A stretch of DNA of 64,000 nucleotides from a virus. Taxonomy: Duplodnaviria > Caudoviricetes. Below, piece after piece: positions 17,849-28,495 of this stretch (the stretch's first letter is position 1; each line of letters begins with the position of its first letter). The notes under the pieces are model-generated. The model searched no databases. It saw nothing but the letters and a program-made list of their open reading frames with translations, and was not told the origin of the DNA. The stretch is from IMG/VR virus record IMGVR_UViG_3300033069_000746, positions 2,681 to 66,680 of that record; one strand, 5' to 3'. Made by a program: the position numbers and the translations under genes.

Positions 17849-18373
17849 ATGACTATTACCATCCAACAGCCTCTGGGCGAGTACAACGTAATCTCCGACG
17901 ATCGGGCACTGGGGCAGATTGCTTGCTTCCAGGACCAGGATCGAACGGACCCGAACGCACCGTATGTTTTGTCCGGTACGCCAGTCTACGCAGTGCTGTG
18001 CAAAAACAGCAAAGGCGGGACGCTGACACCGGGCCTTGGGTATACATACAAGTCCGGGAAAATCGGCAAAGAAGTCGATGCACTATCGGGTGCTAACGCG
18101 ATCTGTGACGGCGTCGCAGACCCGTTCGTCTCTGGTACGATCCCTGACGGTGCATACTTCTGGCTGGTTATCCAGGGACCTATCAAGGTCAAGGCAGCCG
18201 CTGGCGGTATCACTGCCAACGCAGAAGTCCAGACCGCAGCCAACGGACTCTTCGTCGACGGTACCGCGGGTACGAACCCAATCGGTCACTGTGGCAAAGC
18301 CAATGAAGCAGCCACTTCCGGCAACTTTGCACGAATCTACTTCCGGTCAGCATTCGCAGCCGTGAAGCCCTGA
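17849..18373 (+). CDS. Capsid decoration/cement-like protein
   Basis: G/A-rich beta protein after MCP with YFWLVIQGP motif. Confidence 0.6.
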   Translation: MTITIQQPLGEYNVISDDRALGQIACFQDQDRTDPNAPYVLSGTPVYAVLCKNSKGGTLTPGLGYTYKSGKIGKEVDALSGANAICDGVADPFVSGTIPDGAYFWLVIQGPIKVKAAAGGITANAEVQTAANGLFVDGTAGTNPIGHCGKANEAATSGNFARIYFRSAFAAVKP

Positions 18374-18418
18374 TAGCTCTTTGCCCGGCGACGGGCTGTG
18401 AAAGGCGGTGATCCTAAA

Positions 18419-18532
18419 ATGGTTCAGCAGCCAGCATCTCCTCCCGCCGGTATCCACTCCGGCTCGACGGTCCAAACGGTACACAGCGGTAACCCTATCG
18501 CCGTACCACTCAAACCCATCACGCAGAAGTGA
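18419..18532 (+). CDS. Small ORF (37 aa)
   Basis: GGCGGTG RBS-like; GTGA coupling to next gene. Confidence 0.4.
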   Translation: MVQQPASPPAGIHSGSTVQTVHSGNPIAVPLKPITQK

Positions 18533-19218
18533 TTCTCGTGACGACCAGTGACGACACTAAGGCAGGCAGCCAACACTGCCTGCCTTTTTCTTTGGTATTC
18601 CCAGGCAAGGTCATCTGTGCCGTGTGTGGCCTGCCTGCGAGCCCGCAGAACGTATCCCCCAGAGGTTTCTGTATGAGTTGCGAAGATGAAGTCATAACCG
18701 CTGCGACGATTGCTACCGTCGCGTCTAAGGTGCCACAGCGAGGCTTTAAGGAGGCACTGGCCGAGGTACGCAAAGCCGGTCGGCCACTAACGCTGGATAT
18801 CGCCGAGGCTGCGATGGAACAGCTTGGCGGGGCAGACCAGCTTGGCAAGATGATGGTCGACGATCTGAAACGAATTCGGGGCGACCATCTCAACGAAGAA
18901 CAGCGGGCGTTCCATGATGTGGACTACAAAGTCCTGCGTGGCTTGTATGACACGTTGGTCAAGCTCGCCAAGGACCGAGACAGCTTGGTCGGCGAGACAG
19001 GCGATCCACTTGACGGGATATCTGACAGTGACCTGTCTGCCATCGCAGCACAGGCTGCCATAATTCAAATCGAGGTCGACAAAGAGTTCCGTAGCAAGAT
19101 CCTCGACATCATCTTACAATTCGATCCGCAGGCCGTAGTAGAAGCGGCCGGTAAGGCATTGGACATTCTTGATAGCCAGCCAAAGGTAGAGGTGCTGATC
19201 GATGGTAAACCCGCTTGA
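18529..19218 (+). CDS. Candidate terminase small subunit with N-terminal CxxC/CxxC
   Basis: Helical protein upstream of terL; positional inference only. Confidence 0.4.
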   Translation: MILVTTSDDTKAGSQHCLPFSLVFPGKVICAVCGLPASPQNVSPRGFCMSCEDEVITAATIATVASKVPQRGFKEALAEVRKAGRPLTLDIAEAAMEQLGGADQLGKMMVDDLKRIRGDHLNEEQRAFHDVDYKVLRGLYDTLVKLAKDRDSLVGETGDPLDGISDSDLSAIAAQAAIIQIEVDKEFRSKILDIILQFDPQAVVEAAGKALDILDSQPKVEVLIDGKPA

Positions 19219-21229
19219 ACTCCTTGGCTACGCTGGCAACCTACTCGATCTGCCAGGCTCGTCTGTACGAGACCTGTTGACCGGGCAGAACCCTTTTGAC
19301 CAGTGGATGACACCGTTCTCTGGGGACAACCGTGCGTCCGGCCGCGACGTACTACGGCCACTACTCGGTGCGAACAAAGAGACCGGTATGTCCGGCTGGC
19401 TGTCCGACCCGACGGAGGGTGTCAAGGACGTACTTGGCTTCGGTGCCGAGGTAGCACTGGACCCGATGAACTTCGTCAGCGGCGGGGCTGTGCTGCGTGC
19501 CATCAAAGGCGGTAAGGCAGCACGACAGGCGAACGCTGTGAATGCGTTACGCGAGGCCGGGAAGTACAGCTACGTCAACCCGCGAGTGTTGGCACGGCAG
19601 GCGGATGAGATGGTGAACCCACTCGATGACATGGTACGGTCCACGCTGGACGCCAAACTATCCGGCCCGTTACCAGAGGACCTCATCGGGGGCAGAACCT
19701 CATTTGATGTACCAGAGAACGACATGTTTGACCGTCTCTACATGAGACGCGGTGCCCGGCAATTGGGTAAAGAGAAGATCGATGATGCGATAACTGTGGC
19801 GAGTATCGAAGCGAGACAGCCAGGTAGCGGTGCGTACCGATCTTTGCACAACTATCTCAGAGGGTTCGGGAAGCCTATCGTAGCGGAGGAAGTGATCAGC
19901 CCGGACTTTGCGGCGAAGCTGCAGCACATGGGCTACGAGCAGGTAGACAGTAACTGGGTGTACCGTCCGACGGTAGACGATGTTGCCCCGGCCGCGGCCA
20001 GTGTTGCCGAGCAGAACCCGATGAAGCTGTTGGGGTACACGCCAGAGCGTGAGACGGTGTTCCACGGCGGGCGTGACTGGTCAGCCTCGGCGACACCGGA
20101 GCATCCATACGGAGTGTTTGACACGAGCAGACTGAAGACCGGGGAGGGTAACAACGCCTATGGCCCGGGCATGTATGTGGCGGATGAGGCCGTTACCAGC
20201 GGTAAGTACCGCAACATGGCCCAGGAGCGTATGAACCAAGAGTATTTTAGTTCGCCGGAAGCGATGGAGAAGTACTTCGAGCCCGGGTCTTTGGTAGACG
20301 GCTTCGGCGTGTTGGACAGGGTTGAGGCGTTCAACAGGGCCGACAGTGGCTTAGGGTGGAGCGTTGACGTACGCAGCGTAGACCCATCCAACCCCGACGT
20401 GTCTGTGGGTGGCGTGCGGAGACACACGGTGCCCCCTTCGCCACGTAAGATAGCCAAGAAGCTCGGCGACAATCCGTACTCAGCAAAACTATACCAGCTT
20501 GACATGCCGACCGGGTCGAAGGACCGGTTCATGCAGTGGGAGGCCCGGATGGCTGACCAGCCTCAGAACGTACAGTCGGCTATCGCCTCCATGCCGGGAA
20601 TGGACATGGCGGATAGGGTGACAGAACTGGAGGCCCAGTCGTTGGCCATTAACAATCAGATGCGGGAGGCTCGCGTACGTGCGGGGGCAAGACCCAGCGA
20701 TTGGGGCTTCACCAATGATGAACTCAAAAATCTGAGGGAGCAGTACCGAAAGGTTAATGACGAGGCCGAACGGCTGACGGTCGAGATGCGGGATCGATTC
20801 GGGTTCCGAACGGGCATGCTTCGGGACGGTAATGCGACAGGCAGCATGGTTGCAGATCTTCTCATGGGTAACACCCCGTCATACGCAACACTCGCCGAGA
20901 CGGCTGGCCTCCGCGAGGCCGGTGTGCCCGGCATGAAGAACCTGTCCAACGCTACACCGGGGTCGTACAACTACGCCATCTGGGATCAAGACTTGATCAA
21001 CCAGATGCGTATCCGTGCCATCGACGGCGAGCGGGTGCCGATCAACCCAACCACACTGGTACAGCAGGTCGAGCAGCCGACGTTTCGTGCAGCGGCGGGT
21101 GACTCACCACTCGTGTCAACGATGAACCCGATGCGTCCACAGGCTGTACCGAGTGTTCTCAGGCCACTCGCAGCCGGTGCGGCCTACAACGCCTTGGCTC
21201 GACAGAATCAGTACGGAGGTATTTTGTGA
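19202..21229 (+). CDS. Polyvalent protein: shared N-terminal module, GNAT-like domain, ART-PolyVal-like domain
   Basis: VFHGG...FD...TGEGNNAYGPGMYVAD and GVPGMK...YNYAIWD; GSGAYRSL...LQHMGY GNAT-like segment. Confidence 0.65.
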   Translation: MVNPLELLGYAGNLLDLPGSSVRDLLTGQNPFDQWMTPFSGDNRASGRDVLRPLLGANKETGMSGWLSDPTEGVKDVLGFGAEVALDPMNFVSGGAVLRAIKGGKAARQANAVNALREAGKYSYVNPRVLARQADEMVNPLDDMVRSTLDAKLSGPLPEDLIGGRTSFDVPENDMFDRLYMRRGARQLGKEKIDDAITVASIEARQPGSGAYRSLHNYLRGFGKPIVAEEVISPDFAAKLQHMGYEQVDSNWVYRPTVDDVAPAAASVAEQNPMKLLGYTPERETVFHGGRDWSASATPEHPYGVFDTSRLKTGEGNNAYGPGMYVADEAVTSGKYRNMAQERMNQEYFSSPEAMEKYFEPGSLVDGFGVLDRVEAFNRADSGLGWSVDVRSVDPSNPDVSVGGVRRHTVPPSPRKIAKKLGDNPYSAKLYQLDMPTGSKDRFMQWEARMADQPQNVQSAIASMPGMDMADRVTELEAQSLAINNQMREARVRAGARPSDWGFTNDELKNLREQYRKVNDEAERLTVEMRDRFGFRTGMLRDGNATGSMVADLLMGNTPSYATLAETAGLREAGVPGMKNLSNATPGSYNYAIWDQDLINQMRIRAIDGERVPINPTTLVQQVEQPTFRAAAGDSPLVSTMNPMRPQAVPSVLRPLAAGAAYNALARQNQYGGIL

Positions 21230-22086
21230 ATACCGGCGTATACGTCATACTCTGCTCCGCAAACGGAAAGCGGTACGTAGGCAGTGCGGCGGTGAGTCTC
21301 ACCAAACGATGGACCCAGCACCTGCGAAAACTACGGAGAGGTTGTCACCCGAACCAGCACATCCAAGCCGCTTGGAACCTGTACGGAGAAGAAGCGTTCT
21401 CTTTCTCAGTAGCCGAAGTCTGTCTGCCCGAGCATTGTGTTGCTCAAGAGCAGGTGTACCTCGACTACTACAAGTCTTTCGACCCCAACAAGGGGTTCAA
21501 TGTACGAAGCATCGCGGAGTCTAACCGTGGCATGAAATTGAGCGAGTCCGCAAAGCGTAAACTGGCAGAAGCAAACCGTGGGAAGAAAGCGTCTGAAGAG
21601 ACACGGCGTAAGATGTCTCAGACTCGCACCGGCAAGAAAGCCAAGCCTGAGACGATCGCTAAGCTGAGAGCCAAGACGAACAGCGAGGAAACAAGGCAGA
21701 AGATGCGGGAAGCATCATCGCGTAGAGGACCCATATCGGAGGAGACTCGTCAGAAGATGTCCGCAGGCCAACGTGGTCGGAAGCACAGCGACGAAACGAA
21801 GGCTAGGATTTCTAAAGCAAGCAAGGGGTTCAAGCACTCTGAAGAAACAAAAAGACACTTGTCCGAAATGAAGAAGGGCAACATGTCCGCCGAGCACAAG
21901 GCTGCGATATCCGCAAGGCATACCGGGGCTGTCAGATCGCCGGAAACGATAGCTAAGCTGAAAGAAGCCGCGGCACGCAGGGACTACAAAGCTGAGGCTA
22001 AAGCCCGTTGGGCCGACCCGGTATACAGGGCGAAACAACACGCGAGCAGACTCGCCCGGGAGGAGAGAAAATGTCAGAAGAACTAG
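21226..22086 (+). CDS. GIY-YIG homing endonuclease with NUMOD3 repeats
   Basis: GVY...YVGSA...RW..H...H.N..IQ.AW..YG; repeated SEETR/KxK(M/L)S motifs. Confidence 0.92.
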   Translation: MNTGVYVILCSANGKRYVGSAAVSLTKRWTQHLRKLRRGCHPNQHIQAAWNLYGEEAFSFSVAEVCLPEHCVAQEQVYLDYYKSFDPNKGFNVRSIAESNRGMKLSESAKRKLAEANRGKKASEETRRKMSQTRTGKKAKPETIAKLRAKTNSEETRQKMREASSRRGPISEETRQKMSAGQRGRKHSDETKARISKASKGFKHSEETKRHLSEMKKGNMSAEHKAAISARHTGAVRSPETIAKLKEAAARRDYKAEAKARWADPVYRAKQHASRLAREERKCQKN

Positions 22087-23840
22087 CGAACAAGATCCGT
22101 CAATCGCTCATGTCTCGTCGGGACCTCCAACAAGGGGTAGCCGCCGCGGCAAAGGTGGCTAAGGCCAAGCTCGACGCCCTGGAGATATTCCGCCCGACCA
22201 TATACCAGGAAGCAGTTGTTACCAGCAGGGCATCCGAGGTACTTGTTCAAGGGGCTCCACGATCGGGCAAGTCCGTAATCGTTGCCGCGATGGTAGCTTC
22301 ATACCTACGTAACAAACCGGTCACTTTCGCCGATGGGTCCAAGCACGACATGCGAGAACCGGGTTGGCAGAAGCGGCCGATCACGGCTTGGTTGATCGGG
22401 ATGAACCTAGCCCATATCGGCCAAACGCTATACCGATTGCTGTGTCGTCCGGGTGCGTTCGACATGGTACGTGACAAGCAGACCGGTCTGTGGCGGGCAT
22501 GGCAACCCGGCCGTATCGAGGGCGACGATAAAATTCCGGTTGACGAGAGGTTTCCGGCACCGCCTTTGATCCCGCCATCCGAGATAACGCTTGAGGTGTG
22601 GCAGAACAAAGCCGCCCACGAGTTCACAAGTATCGAGATGAAAGACGGATCTAAGTGCTACGGCTTTGCGTCCAGTGGCGACGTGAAAAGGGGCGATCCC
22701 GTAAATCTCATATGGCTGGACGAGGATATCAAGTACTCCAGTCACTTGGCGGAATGGCAGAGTCGACTGTCAGACAGAAAGGGCCGGTTGTATTGGACAG
22801 CGTGGCCAGACATGACATGTGCGGCCCTCGTGCAGATGTGGAAGCGAGCGGTCAACCAAAGGGATGAAGTGTCCCGCGGCGTACGCACGCACCAAGACGT
22901 GGAGAACTTCGTATTCAACGCCATGAAGAACCCGTTCATGGATGACGAAGAACGACGTAAGCGATTCGAGGGATGGAGCGAGGATGAAATCAAAGCCCGA
23001 TACTACGGGGAGTTTGCAACCGGCTCGGTCGTGGCGTACCCAGAGTTCGACAAGAACTTTCACGTTGTCAACTACGGAGATAACAGCCCGCTAAATGACA
23101 AGGTCACGGAGGCGATGCGGAAGCTGAACTGGAATGTACCGAGCGATTGGTGTGTCGATCTCATCCTTGACCCAGGCACTACGCGCCCAGCAATGCTTTG
23201 GGTAGCGATACCGCCAAAGGAGTTTTGGGACGAGGACGAGCCATACCATATCGTGTTTCGCGAGATGGCTGTGCCGCGGCTCAACGCTTTAGAGATGGCG
23301 AAGCGTGTCGTAGCCGCAGACCCAGGCCGACGGTATGCTCGCTTCATCGGCGACTCGAAGGCTGGCAACCAGACGAGCATGGGGGCGGGACACACAGTGT
23401 TTGAAGAATACTCAAAGCCCTTCCGGACGTATGGCTTGCGATGCCAAGTCACCGGGGACCTATTCCTTCGCGGTGAGACAGTTTGGATAACACGATCATT
23501 GAAGTTGAGGGCTCTGCTTCGGGGTCGAAACTGTGGCAGGCCGCGACTTCGGATAGTTCCCCACATGTGCCCGGCGTTGGTCAAAGAGTTCGAAGAGACG
23601 CTCAAGGAAGTTTCACGAGACGCTATCCAGGACAAGATCGCCAAAGGGCAGGCCCATGACGTGCTCGATTGCATGGAATATTATGCAGGGTTCGAGCCGA
23701 CATTCCTCGCCCCACCGCCCGGGCCTGCCGCCCTAGACCCCGGCCAGGCAATGTGGGACGCTGACCGCAAGTTCCTGGACGGAATTTTCAAGCAGAACAA
23801 GAAAACCGACAAAGGCCCTATCGTACTGGGCTTACCGTAG
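22071..23840 (+). CDS. terL: Terminase large subunit
   Basis: Walker A GAPRSGKS, Walker B LIWLDE, nuclease LILDPG and HDVLDCMEY. Confidence 0.9.
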   Translation: MSEELANKIRQSLMSRRDLQQGVAAAAKVAKAKLDALEIFRPTIYQEAVVTSRASEVLVQGAPRSGKSVIVAAMVASYLRNKPVTFADGSKHDMREPGWQKRPITAWLIGMNLAHIGQTLYRLLCRPGAFDMVRDKQTGLWRAWQPGRIEGDDKIPVDERFPAPPLIPPSEITLEVWQNKAAHEFTSIEMKDGSKCYGFASSGDVKRGDPVNLIWLDEDIKYSSHLAEWQSRLSDRKGRLYWTAWPDMTCAALVQMWKRAVNQRDEVSRGVRTHQDVENFVFNAMKNPFMDDEERRKRFEGWSEDEIKARYYGEFATGSVVAYPEFDKNFHVVNYGDNSPLNDKVTEAMRKLNWNVPSDWCVDLILDPGTTRPAMLWVAIPPKEFWDEDEPYHIVFREMAVPRLNALEMAKRVVAADPGRRYARFIGDSKAGNQTSMGAGHTVFEEYSKPFRTYGLRCQVTGDLFLRGETVWITRSLKLRALLRGRNCGRPRLRIVPHMCPALVKEFEETLKEVSRDAIQDKIAKGQAHDVLDCMEYYAGFEPTFLAPPPGPAALDPGQAMWDADRKFLDGIFKQNKKTDKGPIVLGLP

Positions 23841-23856
23841 TCAAGAAAATCTGGCT

Positions 23857-23884
23857 TTGACTTGACAACGCCGGATGTTACACT
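23857..23884 (+). promoter_or_regulatory. Sigma70-like promoter
   Basis: TTGACT-N16-TACACT upstream of the portal operon. Confidence 0.5.
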
Positions 23885-23921
23885 GCCGTTTTCCGGCTCA
23901 TAACCCCCAGAGGAGTTCCCA

Positions 23922-24224
23922 GTGGATGCTAAACAACTCATGCGAACCGTCAAGATAGACGGTGTCGACGTGACGGTCGCTATCGGCGATCCAGTGTGGT
24001 GGTTCAGCCAGGCCCAGATGGATGTACCCGCCCCGGCGGTGATCGTCAGCTTTGCCGAAGACAACATGGCCAACCTGGCATACATCAACCACATCGGTGC
24101 GAAGTTCACTAACCTGACCGGCGTGTGCATGATCGGTGATCCGAAGCTGGACAATAAGAACTACCGCGAGAAAGGGTGCTGGTCACCACGAGGTCTTTGG
24201 ACCGCCCTGAATCTTAAAGGCTGA
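23922..24224 (+). CDS. Hypothetical protein
   Basis: GAGGAG before GTG 23922. Confidence 0.7.
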   Translation: MDAKQLMRTVKIDGVDVTVAIGDPVWWFSQAQMDVPAPAVIVSFAEDNMANLAYINHIGAKFTNLTGVCMIGDPKLDNKNYREKGCWSPRGLWTALNLKG

Positions 24225-24226
24225 TC

Positions 24227-26407
24227 ATGGAACCAACGACAGAGCAATTACAGCAATACCTTCTCGGACCTATGGTGTCCCAATGGTATGCACGCATTGC
24301 CGCCGCAGAGAAAAGCAAAGAGCGATTCTCTGTCATGGCCAAGCTCTGTCGTCAGTTCCTTGGTTCATCTGCGAAGGCTATGTGGGAGGACGCATTCCGC
24401 AAGGAGTTCTACCCACAGGTCACGCAGCCACAGTTCATGGTATCGCTCAACAAAGCGTTTGAACTTGTGGCTATCATCGGGCCGTCGCTGTACTGGCAAA
24501 ACCCGTCACGCGAGGTACGATCGTCCGACATGCCAGACCAGACAGGCATCGCCCAGATGCTTGGCGTGATGGACGAGCAGATGCTGCAGCAGATCGACCA
24601 AGCCCAACAGGCAAAACAGGGCGAGCGCCAGCTACGCAACAGTCTCGCTACGGTCGTGTTGGAATCGCTGGCCAAGAACCACCCAGGAGGAATCAAGACC
24701 GACAATGAACTCATCATCCAGGACGCACTTGTTACTGGGCGGGGCTGCGGTTGGACTGAGACGTACAGTGACCGATCTACTGGAGAGCCTCAAATCGGCA
24801 CGTTCTATGACCCGGTCGACAACCTCCTCGTCGATCCAGACGCTAAGGACCCCGCATGGCGAGATGTACGATGGATCAGCCGACGCCACGTCGAGCCAGC
24901 GTGGGTAGTTGAACGCCGCTTTGGGTATCCACCCGGGTATCTGCAGGGCCGAGGCACACACATCTCCAGCGAGTTTGTTGCCCGGTACAACACGGCCGAG
25001 CCCGAAGGCAAGACCATGTACCTCGATCAGATCGAGTGGTACGAGGTCTGGTCTATCGGCGGGGTAGGAGCCCGTGTCACTGGCGTACAGGCACAGCTTG
25101 GTCAAGCCCTCGACCAACTGACTGGGGACTACTGCTATCTCGCGATCACGCGGAACCTGCCGCACCCGTTGAACCTATCACCCGGCCTCGTCAACATGGG
25201 CGGCGCCGAGCAGATCCTCGAAGCCATGAAATGGCGTACGTCCAAGTTCGGATCTGTGTTCGAACTGTGGCGTGACCGCAAGTGGCCGGTCGAGGTGCTG
25301 GACTTCTACCCGGTTGTTGGCACATGCTGGCCTATGGCTGTCCTCGGCCCAGGCATCGGCTCTTTGCTCGCGATGAACATCCTGCTCGTCAGCCATCTGC
25401 AGATGTCGTGGGACCGACGACGCGATATCATCGCAGTCAACGGAGCGTACGCCGAAGAGGTTGAGTCTGCTGTCAAAGGAGAGAACAACCCCGCCATCAT
25501 CAAGATCAATTCCGCGTCCAGCATGGGCATTACTGACATCGTAGCCTTCGTGCAACGGCCGGAGGTCCAAGGTAACCTGCTGGAATGGATTCAATACCTT
25601 GACAACCAGTTCCAGATGGCAACAGGGCTCGACGACATCCACTACGGCATCAGCCAGAAGCAGGCTCGTGTTACGTCGGACGTGACCGCCCGTCAGACCG
25701 CGGCTAACGTACGTCCTGACAAGATGGCTACCGACGTTCATCAGTTCGTTGTCAACACCAGCACGAAAGAATTGTGGCTGTGTGCGTTGTACAAGCGAGG
25801 CGAACAACTGCGTAGCCTGCTCGGCGACTGGGGCAGCATGGCTTGGGACACACTGCTTGGCACGATGGACTTCGTCACGCTGACCAAAGAGGTCGAGGTG
25901 TGGATCGAGGCTACGGACATGCGTCGTCCCAATCGTGAGAAAGACATGGCTGACCTTGAACGGTTGGCCCCGTTCTGGCTACCCTACTTGCAGGAATACG
26001 GAAAGATGTCCGGCAACTCCGAACCAGCAAACGCCTTCGTGGCGAAGTTTGCCAAGGCGATGGAGATGCGAAACGTCGAGGATCTGTTTGTTGGCGAGTG
26101 GACTCCACCTGTCGATCCAGCCATGCAGCAAATGCAACAGCAGTTGCAGTCGATCGAGACGGCGAAGACTCAGGCCGAGACAGAAGAGATCAAGGCTAAG
26201 ACGGTTGCAAGACTCGTCGATGCCCAGTACAAACAGCAGGGTGCTGCCCCCGCAGCCGCCCAGAAGCTGCAGTGGAACGAAGTATTCAATCAGCAGAAGC
26301 TGATGCTGCAGGAACAAGCTCACCTGCAGAACATGATTCATCTCCAGGAGCAGGAGACAATCAAGGCTGAAGCGGCGAAGAAGAAAGCCGCCAGTGGAGG
26401 TAAGTGA
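24227..26407 (+). CDS. Portal protein
   Basis: 726 aa after terL; VDNLLVDPDA..WI.RR motif; long C-terminal coiled coil. Confidence 0.8.
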   Translation: MEPTTEQLQQYLLGPMVSQWYARIAAAEKSKERFSVMAKLCRQFLGSSAKAMWEDAFRKEFYPQVTQPQFMVSLNKAFELVAIIGPSLYWQNPSREVRSSDMPDQTGIAQMLGVMDEQMLQQIDQAQQAKQGERQLRNSLATVVLESLAKNHPGGIKTDNELIIQDALVTGRGCGWTETYSDRSTGEPQIGTFYDPVDNLLVDPDAKDPAWRDVRWISRRHVEPAWVVERRFGYPPGYLQGRGTHISSEFVARYNTAEPEGKTMYLDQIEWYEVWSIGGVGARVTGVQAQLGQALDQLTGDYCYLAITRNLPHPLNLSPGLVNMGGAEQILEAMKWRTSKFGSVFELWRDRKWPVEVLDFYPVVGTCWPMAVLGPGIGSLLAMNILLVSHLQMSWDRRRDIIAVNGAYAEEVESAVKGENNPAIIKINSASSMGITDIVAFVQRPEVQGNLLEWIQYLDNQFQMATGLDDIHYGISQKQARVTSDVTARQTAANVRPDKMATDVHQFVVNTSTKELWLCALYKRGEQLRSLLGDWGSMAWDTLLGTMDFVTLTKEVEVWIEATDMRRPNREKDMADLERLAPFWLPYLQEYGKMSGNSEPANAFVAKFAKAMEMRNVEDLFVGEWTPPVDPAMQQMQQQLQSIETAKTQAETEEIKAKTVARLVDAQYKQQGAAPAAAQKLQWNEVFNQQKLMLQEQAHLQNMIHLQEQETIKAEAAKKKAASGGK

Positions 26408-26703
26408 TGTTGACATTGGATCTAACGAGTGATGGATCGCCCGGCGACGTGGCTCAAGCCATGAGTCTTGAGTTCAACCTCGGTGTGCGTGTAACGCTGA
26501 ACGGACAGCCTTGGAAGGTCGCAGACATCCCTGGTGCGGTTCCGGTAACTGCGGCAGAAGCTGGAGCACCCGTCGTTGCTGGTGAGCTACACCCGGTGCT
26601 TGAGAAGGACGTGGTACAAACTCCAGCCACACCGATTCCGTCCTTCCAGGACCTGCTCAACCAGCAGGTACCATCTGCGGAAGTTACGGAATCCTCACCA
26701 TGA
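26404..26703 (+). CDS. Hypothetical protein
   Basis: Coupled ORF. Confidence 0.6.
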   Translation: MMLTLDLTSDGSPGDVAQAMSLEFNLGVRVTLNGQPWKVADIPGAVPVTAAEAGAPVVAGELHPVLEKDVVQTPATPIPSFQDLLNQQVPSAEVTESSP

Positions 26704-27338
26704 GCCGGTTTCCGACCATGCGGGAGAACCTCGAATGGGCTGCAGTTCAGGAGTCAGGACCTGACGCTGTGGCCTGGTTCGAGAAGATGCTTGCGGAAGG
26801 ACAGTCTGTGTCTATGGCAGCAATGCTCGCGACACAGAGTCCTCCTCGCACAGGCATCGACGATCGTACCGTGCAGGCCAACAGCAAAAGTGTGACTGAG
26901 CAGTTCCGCGGGTGCGAGCCCATGCTGAACCTGTACCGCCAGAACTACAAGGCCAAGACAGGTGAGAACCTACCAGAAGACGCGGTAGTCTACCGTGGCC
27001 TGGCCAAGTATCCGGGTGACCCGGACTGCATCGTAACGCACAAGCACACACTGTCCGATGTGAAGAAGGCAATGCGTGCCCGTAACGAGCAGGTCGAGGG
27101 CGATTGGGAAGTGCATCCGGTACAGGCACCGCCTAAACCACAGGAGGTCCTGATCAATGATAACGTCATGGCTCGATACAAGGCAGAGTACCGCCAACTG
27201 CCGGGGTACGAGAAGGCGACAGACAAAGACCTTGAGGAAGAGATCACGCACAAGCACACCAAGGTGGTGACCGCTGACGACGTGATGTCTACGGCTACAA
27301 GTATCGAAGAGGCTTCAAAGAAAGTGTTTGGCGAATGA
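26700..27338 (+). CDS. Hypothetical protein
   Basis: Coupled ORF in head/neck block. Confidence 0.75.
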   Translation: MSRFPTMRENLEWAAVQESGPDAVAWFEKMLAEGQSVSMAAMLATQSPPRTGIDDRTVQANSKSVTEQFRGCEPMLNLYRQNYKAKTGENLPEDAVVYRGLAKYPGDPDCIVTHKHTLSDVKKAMRARNEQVEGDWEVHPVQAPPKPQEVLINDNVMARYKAEYRQLPGYEKATDKDLEEEITHKHTKVVTADDVMSTATSIEEASKKVFGE

Positions 27339-28495
27339 TCACTGTCTCCGACATGATGAGCCACATTGCCGTTATGATTGACTCGCCGCTCGGGGGGTTT
27401 CTCGAAGGCAAGGTACGCACCGCGGTGTTGTCTGCCTGGTCACGCCTGCTCGGCATGCACGACTGGGCGTACTTCCACCGCATGGGCACACTCGTCACGT
27501 TTGCCGGACAGAAGACAGGCACGGTCGACTTTGACTACGACACCCGTCGAGTCACACTGACAGATGCAACGTGGCCGACAGATGCAACGATCCAGCACAT
27601 TCGTATCGACCACAACTGGTACCCGATCTATCGGCGTATCAGCGATACGATCATCGAACTGTTCGAAGGCAAGCATCCCGAGGACGATCTCGACGATGAA
27701 GCCTATCTGATCCAACAGGTCTTGTACCCTCTCCCGCAGGACGTGGGAGATGTGGTACAGGTCCTGGAGGGCACACAGAACATGCAGCTTCAGCGGCTCA
27801 ACCTGCTTGAGGCGTTCCAGATTCAGGAGGGCTTTGCCTGGTCACCAGCACTGCCTACCTGCTACGCTCTCGTGGCTGATAGCTCGAACCCCCAGCGGTG
27901 GAACATGTGGCTGCCGACGGAGCAGACCAGCCGTACCTCGCTTCAGTACATGTACGTGGCCCGGAGACCGACCAACGTCCTTGTTAGAGAATCTCGTGGA
28001 ACAGTTACACTCAGCGGAGGCGTGGCGACGTTTTCGGATGAAGTGGTTACGCCCCTATTCGTCGGGGCTGTACTTCGCGTAGCTTCAACGGGCACGTACC
28101 AACCGACAGGCGACTTCGGCGACGTACCGGGTACCACTCTGGAGTTTAACCGGGACTGTCAGGAAGTGCGGGTGCTCGAACGCCTTACCTCGACAACGTG
28201 TCGGGTGAGTGATTCGACGATTACCGTGACCGACGTGGCGTACGTAGCTTCGTCGCACATCGACGTGGCTGACGGGCCAATGGCTGTGCTTCTACAAAGG
28301 TTGTGTGAAGATGAGTACGGAACTCGTTTGGTTGGCGGGCATACTGAGCGTCTCGTGTCTAATAGTCGTCTGGCTCAAGCGTTCAATGACGCGAAAGCAT
28401 CAGACGGCCGGTTTGTACGAAATAAAGGCCCTGCCGCTCAATGGTACGGCCTACGACTCCGAGATGTCGGATACGTCACAGCCTCGGGAACTTGA
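27335..28495 (+). CDS. Probable head-tail adaptor/neck protein
   Basis: Position after portal; W...HDWAYF and YPLPQD motifs. Confidence 0.55.
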   Translation: MITVSDMMSHIAVMIDSPLGGFLEGKVRTAVLSAWSRLLGMHDWAYFHRMGTLVTFAGQKTGTVDFDYDTRRVTLTDATWPTDATIQHIRIDHNWYPIYRRISDTIIELFEGKHPEDDLDDEAYLIQQVLYPLPQDVGDVVQVLEGTQNMQLQRLNLLEAFQIQEGFAWSPALPTCYALVADSSNPQRWNMWLPTEQTSRTSLQYMYVARRPTNVLVRESRGTVTLSGGVATFSDEVVTPLFVGAVLRVASTGTYQPTGDFGDVPGTTLEFNRDCQEVRVLERLTSTTCRVSDSTITVTDVAYVASSHIDVADGPMAVLLQRLCEDEYGTRLVGGHTERLVSNSRLAQAFNDAKASDGRFVRNKGPAAQWYGLRLRDVGYVTASGT

